Shown here: positions 1 to 8,487 of the stretch, one piece after another
Numbering within the stretch: position 1 is the stretch's first letter
Layout: each line of letters opens with the position of its first letter
Source of the DNA: a virus
Length of the DNA stretch: 64,000 nucleotides
Reading direction: 5' to 3' (one strand)
Virus record (IMG/VR): IMGVR_UViG_3300042519_001303
Location: 1-64,000 of that record
Translations under genes and position numbers: made by a program
The notes under the pieces: generated by a model
Database searches by the model: none
The model's input: only the letters and a program-made list of their open reading frames with translations
Told to the model about the DNA's origin: nothing

Positions 1-2
1 TT

Positions 3-137
3 GGAGCCGCCGTTGCTACCTACACAGCCACACAGGACTGGAAGTTGACCCTAAATGCTCTTTGGGCTGCTGCTTTGCCTGTAGCTATGCGTTTCTTTAA
101 CCCCAATGATACTGCTTTTGGTAAGGGTGAAAAGTGA
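3..137 (+). CDS. holin, C-terminal part (gene starts before the window)
   Basis: Frame 3 reads GAAVATYTATQDWKLTLNALWAAALPVAMRFFNPNDTAFGKGEK*: a hydrophobic helix plus an R-x-x-NP-x-D-x-x-FG tail. Its stop overlaps the endolysin GTG start (GTGA). Confidence 0.65.
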   Translation, partial: GAAVATYTATQDWKLTLNALWAAALPVAMRFFNPNDTAFGKGEK

Positions 138-940
138 ATTTACCCTTCATTAAACTTGTTGTTCCTACCGCCCTTAAACAGTATAAGAATGGTCAGCTAG
201 CTGACAGTGTTCTTGCGCCCATTAAAACCGGTGGAAAGATGTACGCACCAGTTGCGGCAGAGTTCAACAAGCTATATGACGCAGCAATTGCCGCTGGCAT
301 CAAGTTAAAGAACGTTGGTGACTACCGCTCATTCCAAGGCCAGTTGTCAATGTTTATGGATCGTTATGTAACAAATGACACTGGTACTGGGGTTACTCGT
401 CAATACGAGGGTAAGACCTGGTGGTTGAAGAAGGGCAAAGCTCCTTCGGCAGCCCCAGATCCAACCGGCCTTAAGGGTTCTAATCATGGTTGGGGTCTTG
501 CTATTGATCTTGGTTACGACCAGGGTGGTAAGACTGCATCGTTTGGTGTGAACGTTCCTGCGTTCCAGTGGATGTGCGCTAATGCTCCCAAGTATGGTTT
601 CTACCTTCAGGGTAATAACCCTGCCTCTAAAGAGTTTGAGGCTTGGCACTGGCAGTACGCTCTTGGTGACGCATCACCAGACGGTTCAGTACAGACCGCT
701 CCAGCAGCACCTGCAGCCGCTCCAGCAGGCGGTGGTATACAGTTTAATTATCCAGGTACTCCAGTAGGTTTGGGAACTAAGGGGCCAAGTGCGGCTCTTG
801 TGCAGGCAATCATTGGCGCAAAAGCCGATGGTGACTTTGGCCCCAAGTCTGTTGCTTCACTCAAAGCATGGCAAACTGCTAATGGTCTAACTGCGGATGG
901 CTCTGTTGGTCCTGTAACATGGAAGAAGATGTTCGGCTGA
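134..940 (+). CDS. endolysin: M15 (VanY-like) Zn peptidase plus C-terminal peptidoglycan-binding domain
   Basis: YRS..Q, SNHGWGLAID and EAWHW Zn-peptidase motifs; Ala/Pro linker; PG_binding_1 signature DGDFGPKS..WQ..NGL.ADG.VGP.TW. Confidence 0.9.
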   Translation: MNLPFIKLVVPTALKQYKNGQLADSVLAPIKTGGKMYAPVAAEFNKLYDAAIAAGIKLKNVGDYRSFQGQLSMFMDRYVTNDTGTGVTRQYEGKTWWLKKGKAPSAAPDPTGLKGSNHGWGLAIDLGYDQGGKTASFGVNVPAFQWMCANAPKYGFYLQGNNPASKEFEAWHWQYALGDASPDGSVQTAPAAPAAAPAGGGIQFNYPGTPVGLGTKGPSAALVQAIIGAKADGDFGPKSVASLKAWQTANGLTADGSVGPVTWKKMFG

Positions 941-954
941 TAAGGAGCCTTTAA

Positions 955-1689
955 ATGGCTGTTAAAATTCAATTAAGGCGTGGTACTACCTCTCAGTGGA
1001 CTAACGACATAGTTCTTTCTGCTGGTGAAGTAGGTGTCAACACCGAAACTAAGCAAATTAAAGTTGGTGATGGCAGTACAACCTGGGGAACTCTTCCATA
1101 CTTTGCCTCAGGTACTATTACCTCTGTAACCGCAGGTAATGGTATTACTGTTTACACTACTGCTGGTAGTAGCGCCTCAAGTGGTGCTATATCGGTTGCA
1201 GTTGATACCACATATGTTATGGCTCGTAACATTATTGATACTAAAGGCGACCTAATAGTTGGATCAGCAAATGATACTCCATCAATTTTACCTGTAAGCG
1301 CTACTGCTAACCACGTACTACTTGTAGACTCTACTACAGCAACTGGTGTTAAATGGGGGGCAGTTCCCACACTAAACCAAAACACAACTGGTACAGCCGC
1401 AACTGTCACGACTTCTGCTCAGCCAGCAATTACTTCTGCTGTAAACCTTGCCTCAGTTGGAACTATTACTTCTGGTACTTGGTCTGCAACTCTTGGAGCA
1501 ACTAGTGGTGCTAGCTTGACAGCATTAAATGCTAGTAATCTTTCTTCTGGAACAGTATCATCAGCACTTATGCCAGCTGTAATGTACACAACTGATGGTT
1601 CTGCTTCTACTAAAAAAATAACAATCCAAAATGGTGGCTCAGTTCCTACGACTAACCTTCGTAACGGCGATATTTGTTTCATTTACTAA
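955..1689 (+). CDS. fibre/virion appendage protein with Mtd_N/hyaluronidase-N-like N-terminal domain
   Basis: N-terminus KIQLRRGT..W..L.AGE.G..T.T..KVGDG, followed by Thr/Ser/Ala-rich beta-type sequence; AAGGAG RBS. Confidence 0.7.
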   Translation: MAVKIQLRRGTTSQWTNDIVLSAGEVGVNTETKQIKVGDGSTTWGTLPYFASGTITSVTAGNGITVYTTAGSSASSGAISVAVDTTYVMARNIIDTKGDLIVGSANDTPSILPVSATANHVLLVDSTTATGVKWGAVPTLNQNTTGTAATVTTSAQPAITSAVNLASVGTITSGTWSATLGATSGASLTALNASNLSSGTVSSALMPAVMYTTDGSASTKKITIQNGGSVPTTNLRNGDICFIY

Positions 1690-1690
1690 T

Positions 1691-3046
1691 ATGGCTACAT
1701 ACGTTTACAATAACGGTTGGCAACAACTAACAGGAACTGACAGACCTTACGTTTATGACGGAGCAAACTGGCAGGGCGTAAAACAAATATATGCATATGA
1801 TAATGGTGCTTGGAGACAGGCATATCAGTATGACAATACTGGGCCTACTATTGCATCATTATCTGCTGTTGATACTACTGCTGCATTTAATACTGACTCT
1901 GGTATGCAACGTGTAACTTGGGGGGCTATCACTGACAACCAGTCTGGAGTTGCTTCTGCAACTTTGAGTCGATGGTTTTATTCTTCAGATGGTGTATGGC
2001 AGGCAGAACAAACATGGAATATATCTTCCTCTTTGTCAGGCTCATACCTTGATTTATCTGTACCTACTACGCGACGTAAACAAGGTTCTGGTGTTACGTG
2101 GTACACGTATTACCGTATTACCACTGTTGACAACGCGGGAAACAGCTCAACTTTAGACGCTGGATTCTATTCAACAACCACTTACGACGTTACCGCTCCG
2201 TCAGTTTCACCCCCAAGTTCTAGCCCCAATGGTTCAAGTTATGATGTTTCATGGGGTGCTATTACTGATGGTGGTATGGGCGTTTCTTCAGCAACCATAT
2301 ATTCACTATATTATGGAACTAGTAGTGGTTTTGTTGCAGGATCAAGTTATGCAATTCCATCAGGTAGTTTTGGTGGTGGTTCAACCACATTTGGTGTTCC
2401 AACCAATAGACGAAATACTCCAGGTGGGGAAACTTGGGTTGTTTATTACTACATTATTGCTACTGATGCTGCTGGAAACTCATATCAAACTGGTGGTTCA
2501 ACTAGTAGATATACACGGCCATATGGTACATACAACATATCTGCTAACTCATCTAGGTCATATGACAGCGTAATACCTAGATGGTTCCCAACTGACTTTA
2601 GTGACCCAACTGATGTTAGAGCTGGAAATAGTAGCACCACTACTATGTCAAACTACACAGGTTTATTCTTTTATGGAACAAAACTTGCAGATGCTTGTTT
2701 AGGTTTTGAACCGGATAACGCAACTTTATTTGCACAGCGTAATGGTGGCTCAGGTAACTCTGGTACATATAGGTTTGCTCCTTGTACTAACGGATCACAA
2801 CCAGGTGGTGCACCATCAGTAAATACTTCTGATGTTGTAGATGTATACCTATCTGGTGAAAGTGCTGCAGCAAATGTTCCTATTATAAACTGGGCAACAA
2901 ATATTTCATCTGGTTCGGTTGGTAGTATTGCGTTAATACCAACCACTACATCAACCTCTGGTAATACATCTAACTTTAGACGTATGCACGGAGCTGGTCA
3001 AGGGCTTTATGGCCTAGGTGGAACAGTAACCCTGTCGTTTAACTAA
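1691..3046 (+). CDS. putative receptor-binding/fibre tip protein with two tandem Fn3/Ig-like repeats
   Basis: ATG at 1691 right after the previous stop; two copies of D..P...V.WGAITD..GV.SAT...VPT.RR...TW..YY.I...D.AGNS. Confidence 0.6.
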   Translation: MATYVYNNGWQQLTGTDRPYVYDGANWQGVKQIYAYDNGAWRQAYQYDNTGPTIASLSAVDTTAAFNTDSGMQRVTWGAITDNQSGVASATLSRWFYSSDGVWQAEQTWNISSSLSGSYLDLSVPTTRRKQGSGVTWYTYYRITTVDNAGNSSTLDAGFYSTTTYDVTAPSVSPPSSSPNGSSYDVSWGAITDGGMGVSSATIYSLYYGTSSGFVAGSSYAIPSGSFGGGSTTFGVPTNRRNTPGGETWVVYYYIIATDAAGNSYQTGGSTSRYTRPYGTYNISANSSRSYDSVIPRWFPTDFSDPTDVRAGNSSTTTMSNYTGLFFYGTKLADACLGFEPDNATLFAQRNGGSGNSGTYRFAPCTNGSQPGGAPSVNTSDVVDVYLSGESAAANVPIINWATNISSGSVGSIALIPTTTSTSGNTSNFRRMHGAGQGLYGLGGTVTLSFN

Positions 3047-3059
3047 GGAGTAATGCAAC

Positions 3060-3749
3060 ATGGCAATGGACCCAAATCTAAGTGCTTATCTAAAACAATT
3101 AGCAAAAGTTAGAGCTAAGATTACACAAGAACAAGGTGGTATGCCCCCAAAGGTAAAACCAGGTTCTCCTGGTTGGGCTACTGAGCAATTCTATGAACTC
3201 CCTGACGGTACTATTATTGAAATACCTACCAGGCCTGGTAAAGACCAATGGGGTATTCCAGAAGGTGAAGATCTAGAAGAATTTGAACAAGATACCCAAG
3301 CTGACCGGCAAAAAAAAGAATTAGAAGAAAAGGGTATTGATCCAAAAGATGTAACTTGTGAAGATTTATTTCCGCACCTTTTTGGGTTAGTTGAATTAAC
3401 TCCATCTGCAGTTTATGGTGCAGGTCAATCTGGTGAAAGCTCACGGATTGCACAGTACCAGTTTGTCTCTACAAGTAAGTGTAGAGTAGGAGGAGCAGAA
3501 GATGCAATACTAGGATATCTTTATGTCAAGTTTATAAAAAAGGGAACAGTAGTAAAATACGGTCCAATAACCGCAAAACAGTTTAAAACATTTAAAAATT
3601 CAGAGTCATTTGGGGTGCAATGTATAGGTGCTTCCCAAAATCCTGATCCTGCCTATGGCCTTACATCTACTATAAAGCTAGTAAACTTTGGCATGGAGTA
3701 TGTAGGAGATATGCCGGGAGGCGAAGAAGAAGCTGGAGAGGAAGAGTAA
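3060..3749 (+). CDS. protein with C-terminal KTSC-like domain
   Basis: SSRIAQYQF...LYVKFIKKGTVVKYGPI....F..F..SESFG resembles the KTSC pattern; AAGGAG RBS. Confidence 0.45.
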   Translation: MAMDPNLSAYLKQLAKVRAKITQEQGGMPPKVKPGSPGWATEQFYELPDGTIIEIPTRPGKDQWGIPEGEDLEEFEQDTQADRQKKELEEKGIDPKDVTCEDLFPHLFGLVELTPSAVYGAGQSGESSRIAQYQFVSTSKCRVGGAEDAILGYLYVKFIKKGTVVKYGPITAKQFKTFKNSESFGVQCIGASQNPDPAYGLTSTIKLVNFGMEYVGDMPGGEEEAGEEE

Positions 3750-3758
3750 CACAATATT

Positions 3759-4091
3759 ATGTTTATAATAAGTTTAGTTGTTTTAATGATAACAATAGGG
3801 GCATATTTCTTATTTCGAGACACCTTAAATAAGTTGCAATATTTAGGCCCAATCTATTGGATTACCAGAGATAACACCAGGTTAACCACACCTTTTATAT
3901 CTATCGGCTTCATGCGACAGATAGCGTCACCTTGGAAAATAGGTAAAGGTATACAATTTGCCTACAAAAACTATTCATTTCAAATAGGTTTTTGCCGTAA
4001 GTCCACCCACACTGATGAAACTTCAGGTATCCTAGGAGCACTAGGTGGAAGATACCTAGATGATGATGCTGATACAATTCGAAAGTGGTAA
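3759..4091 (+). CDS. hypothetical membrane-anchored protein
   Basis: N-terminal hydrophobic helix; lies within the operon. Confidence 0.6.
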   Translation: MFIISLVVLMITIGAYFLFRDTLNKLQYLGPIYWITRDNTRLTTPFISIGFMRQIASPWKIGKGIQFAYKNYSFQIGFCRKSTHTDETSGILGALGGRYLDDDADTIRKW

Positions 4092-4093
4092 CA

Positions 4094-4315
4094 ATGTTCT
4101 TTAAAAAGGCAGACGAACCAATTAAAAAGATTAAAAGAATTGAGCGTTCAGACACTCCAACATTAATTAATTGGATGGATGCTACTATTATGGGGTTGGG
4201 TAAAGCCTTTGATGATTGGCGTTTTAAAGATCTTCCAGAATCAGATGTCACTCAACACATAGACATTTTAAAGTCACTATGGACTGAACTATCAGAACGT
4301 ATGGCAGAAAAGTAG
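4094..4315 (+). CDS. hypothetical protein
   Basis: ORF tightly packed in the operon; ATG at 4094. Confidence 0.6.
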   Translation: MFFKKADEPIKKIKRIERSDTPTLINWMDATIMGLGKAFDDWRFKDLPESDVTQHIDILKSLWTELSERMAEK

Positions 4316-4323
4316 GTAACAAA

Positions 4324-4620
4324 ATGAACAAGCCAAATATGGATAAGGGTAATCTAAACCCATCGCGCAAAGCTATACTACGTAGCAATAACAAAGATAG
4401 CTTGTATTTAAATAACTTAGTAGACCACCTTAATCACTTAGGTTATGATTTTGGCTGCGTATCTAGCATTATTTCTAGTACTGCTGAATCTTCTACTTAC
4501 CTTGTAAGTCTTCCTGACTTGTTCTATCTTGTTGATAGAATCAATGAATCACTAGGAATGCCTAAGAAACCTCTAGAAGTACCTGATCAAGGGGTATTGT
4601 TCACTGACGATGCTCTATAA
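4324..4620 (+). CDS. hypothetical protein (occupies the position of a terminase small subunit, but no motif recognised)
   Basis: ORF immediately upstream of the terminase large subunit. Confidence 0.5.
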   Translation: MNKPNMDKGNLNPSRKAILRSNNKDSLYLNNLVDHLNHLGYDFGCVSSIISSTAESSTYLVSLPDLFYLVDRINESLGMPKKPLEVPDQGVLFTDDAL

Positions 4621-4628
4621 TTAGAGCA
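4616..4628 (+). promoter_or_regulatory. sigma70-type -10 box for a leaderless terminase transcript
   Basis: TATAAT at 4616-4621, 6 nt, then ATG at 4628; no Shine-Dalgarno sequence. Confidence 0.55.
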
Positions 4629-6187
4629 TGCAAGAACTACTAGAAGATGGGTCTTCGCCTGAAGATATTCAGGCAGTTGAACTAGACGAAACATCACAAG
4701 AATTTATTGATCAGCTTGTTTTAAAGCTTATCCTTTTTACGGAAGAATTTTGTAACGTAACCTTCTTCCCCTATCAAGTTCCTATTGCTTACCGAGTAAT
4801 TGAGTCAATAGTTATTGGTGATGGTGAAGAACTAACTTTAGTAGCTACTCGACAGTCTGGTAAGTCAGAAGTACTATCTAATGTGCTTGCATCAATGATG
4901 GTTATCCTTCCCAAGCTTTCAAAGGTCTATCCAACTTGGTTAGGTAAGTTTGAAAAGGGTTTTTGGTGTGGTGTTTTTGCCCCGGTTGAAGATCAGGCTG
5001 ACACTGTGTTTAGCCGAATCGTTAACAAGCTAACCAGTGAACACGCCATGGATTTCTTGCTTGATCCAGAGATTGATGACAAAGCTACATCGGGTGGATC
5101 ACGTGGTAAAGGTCGCATAATCAGCCTCAAGCACTCTGGGTCACTCTGCCGTATGCAAACTTGTAACCCTAAAGCAAAGATTGAGTCTAAGACTTACCAC
5201 TTTGTACTTATTGACGAAGCTCAAGAAGCTGACGAGTACATGATTGCAAAATCAATTAAGCCCATGTTGGCGTTCAATAACGGGTCTATTGCATTAACTG
5301 GTACGGCTACTCGTAACAAATCATACTTTTATAAAATGATTCAGTTTAATAAACGCAGAGATGTAAACAGTAAACGTAATCATAGGCAGTGTCATTTTGA
5401 ATATGACTGGAGAACTGCTGCAAAATATAATGAAAACTATGCTAAGTTTATTGGTAAAGAGAAGGTAAGAATCGGAGAAGATTCTGATGAATTTCAAATG
5501 TCCTACTGTAACAAGTGGGTTCTTGAAAAGGGTATGTTTGTAAGTGATGATCGTTTGTCTCGGATGTATGACACATCCATGGGTATTGTCAAACAATGGT
5601 GGCGTACACCAGTAGTTGTAGGCATTGACGTAGCTCGTTCAAATGACTCCACAGTTGTTACTGTGTGTTGGGTTGACTGGGATCGTCCTGATGGCTTTGG
5701 GTTCTATGAACATAGAGTTCTTAATTGGCTTGAAATCAATAATGAAGAATGGGAATCTCAGTATTTTGAAATTATTGATTTCTTAAGAAACTATAATGTA
5801 TACCGTATTGGTGTTGACTCTCAGGGTGTTGGTGGCGCTGTTGCAGAACGTCTACAAATACTTATGCCTAAGATTGACGTAGTGGCTGTTACTTCTGATG
5901 CCAAGACTCAAAATGACCGCTGGGTTCACTTAACTGAGTTAATTCAACGTGATCAATTGGTTATTCCTGGACATTCTAAAGCACGTCGTACACGTAGCTG
6001 GAAACGTTTTAATCAGCAAATGTCTGACCTTGAAAAGGTGTATAGAGGACCTTACATGCTTGCTGCTGCGCCTGAAGAAAAGGGAGCCTTTGATGACTTT
6101 CCAGATAGTTTAGCAATAGCTTGTGCTATGTCAGTATTAGATACAATGCCAATGGTTAGTGTGTCTGATAACCCGTTCTTCAGATAA
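4628..6187 (+). CDS. terL: terminase large subunit
   Basis: Walker A TRQSGKS, Walker B LIDEAQ, TGT coupling motif; RNase H-like nuclease motifs GIDVARSNDST and DDFPDSLA. Confidence 0.93.
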   Translation: MQELLEDGSSPEDIQAVELDETSQEFIDQLVLKLILFTEEFCNVTFFPYQVPIAYRVIESIVIGDGEELTLVATRQSGKSEVLSNVLASMMVILPKLSKVYPTWLGKFEKGFWCGVFAPVEDQADTVFSRIVNKLTSEHAMDFLLDPEIDDKATSGGSRGKGRIISLKHSGSLCRMQTCNPKAKIESKTYHFVLIDEAQEADEYMIAKSIKPMLAFNNGSIALTGTATRNKSYFYKMIQFNKRRDVNSKRNHRQCHFEYDWRTAAKYNENYAKFIGKEKVRIGEDSDEFQMSYCNKWVLEKGMFVSDDRLSRMYDTSMGIVKQWWRTPVVVGIDVARSNDSTVVTVCWVDWDRPDGFGFYEHRVLNWLEINNEEWESQYFEIIDFLRNYNVYRIGVDSQGVGGAVAERLQILMPKIDVVAVTSDAKTQNDRWVHLTELIQRDQLVIPGHSKARRTRSWKRFNQQMSDLEKVYRGPYMLAAAPEEKGAFDDFPDSLAIACAMSVLDTMPMVSVSDNPFFR

Positions 6188-6245
6188 GCATGCCAAAACG
6201 TGGTAATCTAAATATACAAACTTCCATTCCACTAGGAGGAAAACT

Positions 6246-6647
6246 ATGGCTGTAGGCCCCACCCCCATGTTCCCAGAAGCCCAGCAAACTATGTTTGAGC
6301 GTTCAATGGCGCCAAGCATCCCTGGCAACCGCGGACCATTGCGTTTTGAAGAAGGTATTGCAACTGACACTGACGTTCCGTACGACTTTGGTGTAGGTGC
6401 TTACGAAGACACCGCTCCGGCTCCTGGTCGTGAAAATCACACCAACCCTGAGATGTTCTTCAAGTACCCCGAAGAGACCATGCGTGAGCGCGCTCATGTT
6501 GGTTCGGCTTCTTGGATTGAAGCCCCCCAGCACCTTCAGGAATTTGTTGAAGGCAGCATGGCCGGCGATGCTATGCCGCAATTTGAATACTCATATAACA
6601 CGGGTGGCCGTATGAATCTGCCAAACCCGACCGTTGTTTCTGGCTGA
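6246..6647 (+). CDS. hypothetical protein
   Basis: Strong AGGAGG RBS; C-ending codon bias similar to the capsid gene. Confidence 0.75.
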   Translation: MAVGPTPMFPEAQQTMFERSMAPSIPGNRGPLRFEEGIATDTDVPYDFGVGAYEDTAPAPGRENHTNPEMFFKYPEETMRERAHVGSASWIEAPQHLQEFVEGSMAGDAMPQFEYSYNTGGRMNLPNPTVVSG

Positions 6648-6686
6648 AACCTGGTAGAGTAGATGCTCCGTACTTAAGGAGCATTA

Positions 6687-6848
6687 ATGACCCCTCATCA
6701 ACTAGAACTACTTTCAAAGTACCTTCAGCGAGTTGTCGCTAGAGGCGCAGAAGAAGAACAAGAATTGTATTCATTAATACAATCAGTAACACGCTTGTCA
6801 AACTCCTGCAATAATGTGTATACTAAAGAAGGCAAAACAGCCGCATAA
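6687..6848 (+). CDS. small hypothetical protein (53 aa, not in the ORF track)
   Basis: AAGGAG RBS, then MTPHQLELLSKYLQRVVARGAEEEQELY... Confidence 0.55.
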   Translation: MTPHQLELLSKYLQRVVARGAEEEQELYSLIQSVTRLSNSCNNVYTKEGKTAA

Positions 6849-6889
6849 CAACTGCTGGTATTCCAGTGGGGTAACACAAGGAGTATCAC

Positions 6890-7165
6890 ATGTCCGATTC
6901 CTCAAGTCTGATTGCAGACTTAACGGAGAGACAAGCGAATGCACTTCGTCAAAAGTGCTCGTTCACTCGCATAAAAGAAAGCATGAATCCAGACGAGCAT
7001 GCTGCAGTAAACAAAGCTGAAGAAGAAATCAAAGTAGATACTGGGAATGGTAGAGCAAAGACTTACTCCTGTTCCTGGTTATCTGAAGTACTTACAAAGA
7101 ATGGTTATCCAGTAAGCTCTAGCACTATCTCCCGTCATATGAACGGGCGGTGTGGTTGTGAGTAA
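6890..7165 (+). CDS. hypothetical protein, possible HTH/Zn-binding
   Basis: AAGGAG RBS; C-terminal LSEVLTKNGYPVSSSTISRHMNGRCGC. Confidence 0.65.
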   Translation: MSDSSSLIADLTERQANALRQKCSFTRIKESMNPDEHAAVNKAEEEIKVDTGNGRAKTYSCSWLSEVLTKNGYPVSSSTISRHMNGRCGCE

Positions 7166-8150
7166 TTTGGTATCTGCTTTATCCAATAATCTGTCAAATG
7201 CACCTGAGTGGCCCTTAGTTCAACCAGGGCCTTCAGTAAAAATGCCAACAATTAAAGTTAAACCTTCATCAAACGCCCCAGGTTACCAAACCTGTGTAAT
7301 CCTTCCGGATATGCAGATTGGGTATTTCCGTGCCCGTAATGGTGAATTAGAGGCCACTCATGACGAGCACGCCATTGAGATGGCTTTAGCTATTACTAAA
7401 TCATTAAATCCAGACATGATTGTGCTAGTTGGAGACAACTTGGACTTTCCTGAATTTGGAAAATACCGCCTTAGTAGTGCTTATGCATTAACTACACAAG
7501 CGTCCATTGACCGTGCTACAACCCTTGGAGCACAGCTGCGGACGTATGCTCCTAACGCTAAGATTGTATGGCTAGCTGGAAACCATGAAGAAAGATTGGT
7601 GAACTTTGTACTCGACAATGCGAAAGCTGCCTTTGGCATCCGTAAAGGTAATACTCCGGAATCCTGGCCTGTTCTTAGTATTCCTTATCTCTGTCGTTTC
7701 GACGATTATGGGATACATTATGTACCGGGCTATCCAGCTGGACAATTTTGGATCAACGAAAGACTCCGCGTCATCCACGGCACAAAAGTACGCAGTAACG
7801 GGTCGACAGCGCATGCGTATCTCAACACAGAAAAGACCTCAGTCTTATATGGTCACATCCACCGGCGTGAATGGGCTGAACGGTCCCGTGACGATTGGGA
7901 TGGTGCAAAGACCATCATGGCCGCATCCCCTGGCACGTTGGCAAGATGCGACGGCACCGTCCCATCTACCAAAGGGTCCATCGACTTGGACGGTAGACCT
8001 ATGACCATCGTAGAAGACTGGCAGCAAGGTATTGGAATAGTTACCTTTGAACCAGGTGATGGTGCGTTTTGGTATGAACAAGTGCCGTTCCATAACGGGT
8101 CGGCCTTTTTTAGAGGGAAGTTTTATAGTGCAGAAAAAGAAGAAAGCTGA
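7158..8150 (+). CDS. calcineurin-like metallophosphoesterase
   Basis: Motifs PDMQ, VGDNLD, AGNHE, IHG and GHIHR. Confidence 0.88.
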   Translation: MSNLVSALSNNLSNAPEWPLVQPGPSVKMPTIKVKPSSNAPGYQTCVILPDMQIGYFRARNGELEATHDEHAIEMALAITKSLNPDMIVLVGDNLDFPEFGKYRLSSAYALTTQASIDRATTLGAQLRTYAPNAKIVWLAGNHEERLVNFVLDNAKAAFGIRKGNTPESWPVLSIPYLCRFDDYGIHYVPGYPAGQFWINERLRVIHGTKVRSNGSTAHAYLNTEKTSVLYGHIHRREWAERSRDDWDGAKTIMAASPGTLARCDGTVPSTKGSIDLDGRPMTIVEDWQQGIGIVTFEPGDGAFWYEQVPFHNGSAFFRGKFYSAEKEES

Positions 8151-8487
8151 CATCCCCACAACTCCACAACTAGCCATAGTTACTTGGCTAGATGCGTTTG
8201 ATGGACCCACTGGTTGGATGGACCCAAAGTCCTACAAGCCTAACCCAATACGCCCAATAAGCATTGGTTGGGTTATTCCAGATTTTTTAGAAGATTATAT
8301 AACTCTTGCTGGAACATTCCTAGTTGATACTAACGAAGAAAACAAAGAATCTAAGGCAGAATATTATAGCAATCCTGCTCATATCCCACTTAAAATGGTA
8401 CAATCAATAACATACATTGATGCACCTATTGACATAGTTGACTTAATGTTGTCCGATTTTAACACCAGGGGTTTTAATGCCGATTGA
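8128..8487 (+). CDS. hypothetical protein
   Basis: GTG start overlapping the previous gene; V.W.DA...GW motif. Confidence 0.6.
   Translation: MQKKKKADIPTTPQLAIVTWLDAFDGPTGWMDPKSYKPNPIRPISIGWVIPDFLEDYITLAGTFLVDTNEENKESKAEYYSNPAHIPLKMVQSITYIDAPIDIVDLMLSDFNTRGFNAD

Noticed and set aside
955-3046. Diversity-generating retroelement suggested by the Mtd-like N-terminus
   Set aside because: No reverse transcriptase and no template/variable repeat pair seen in the window
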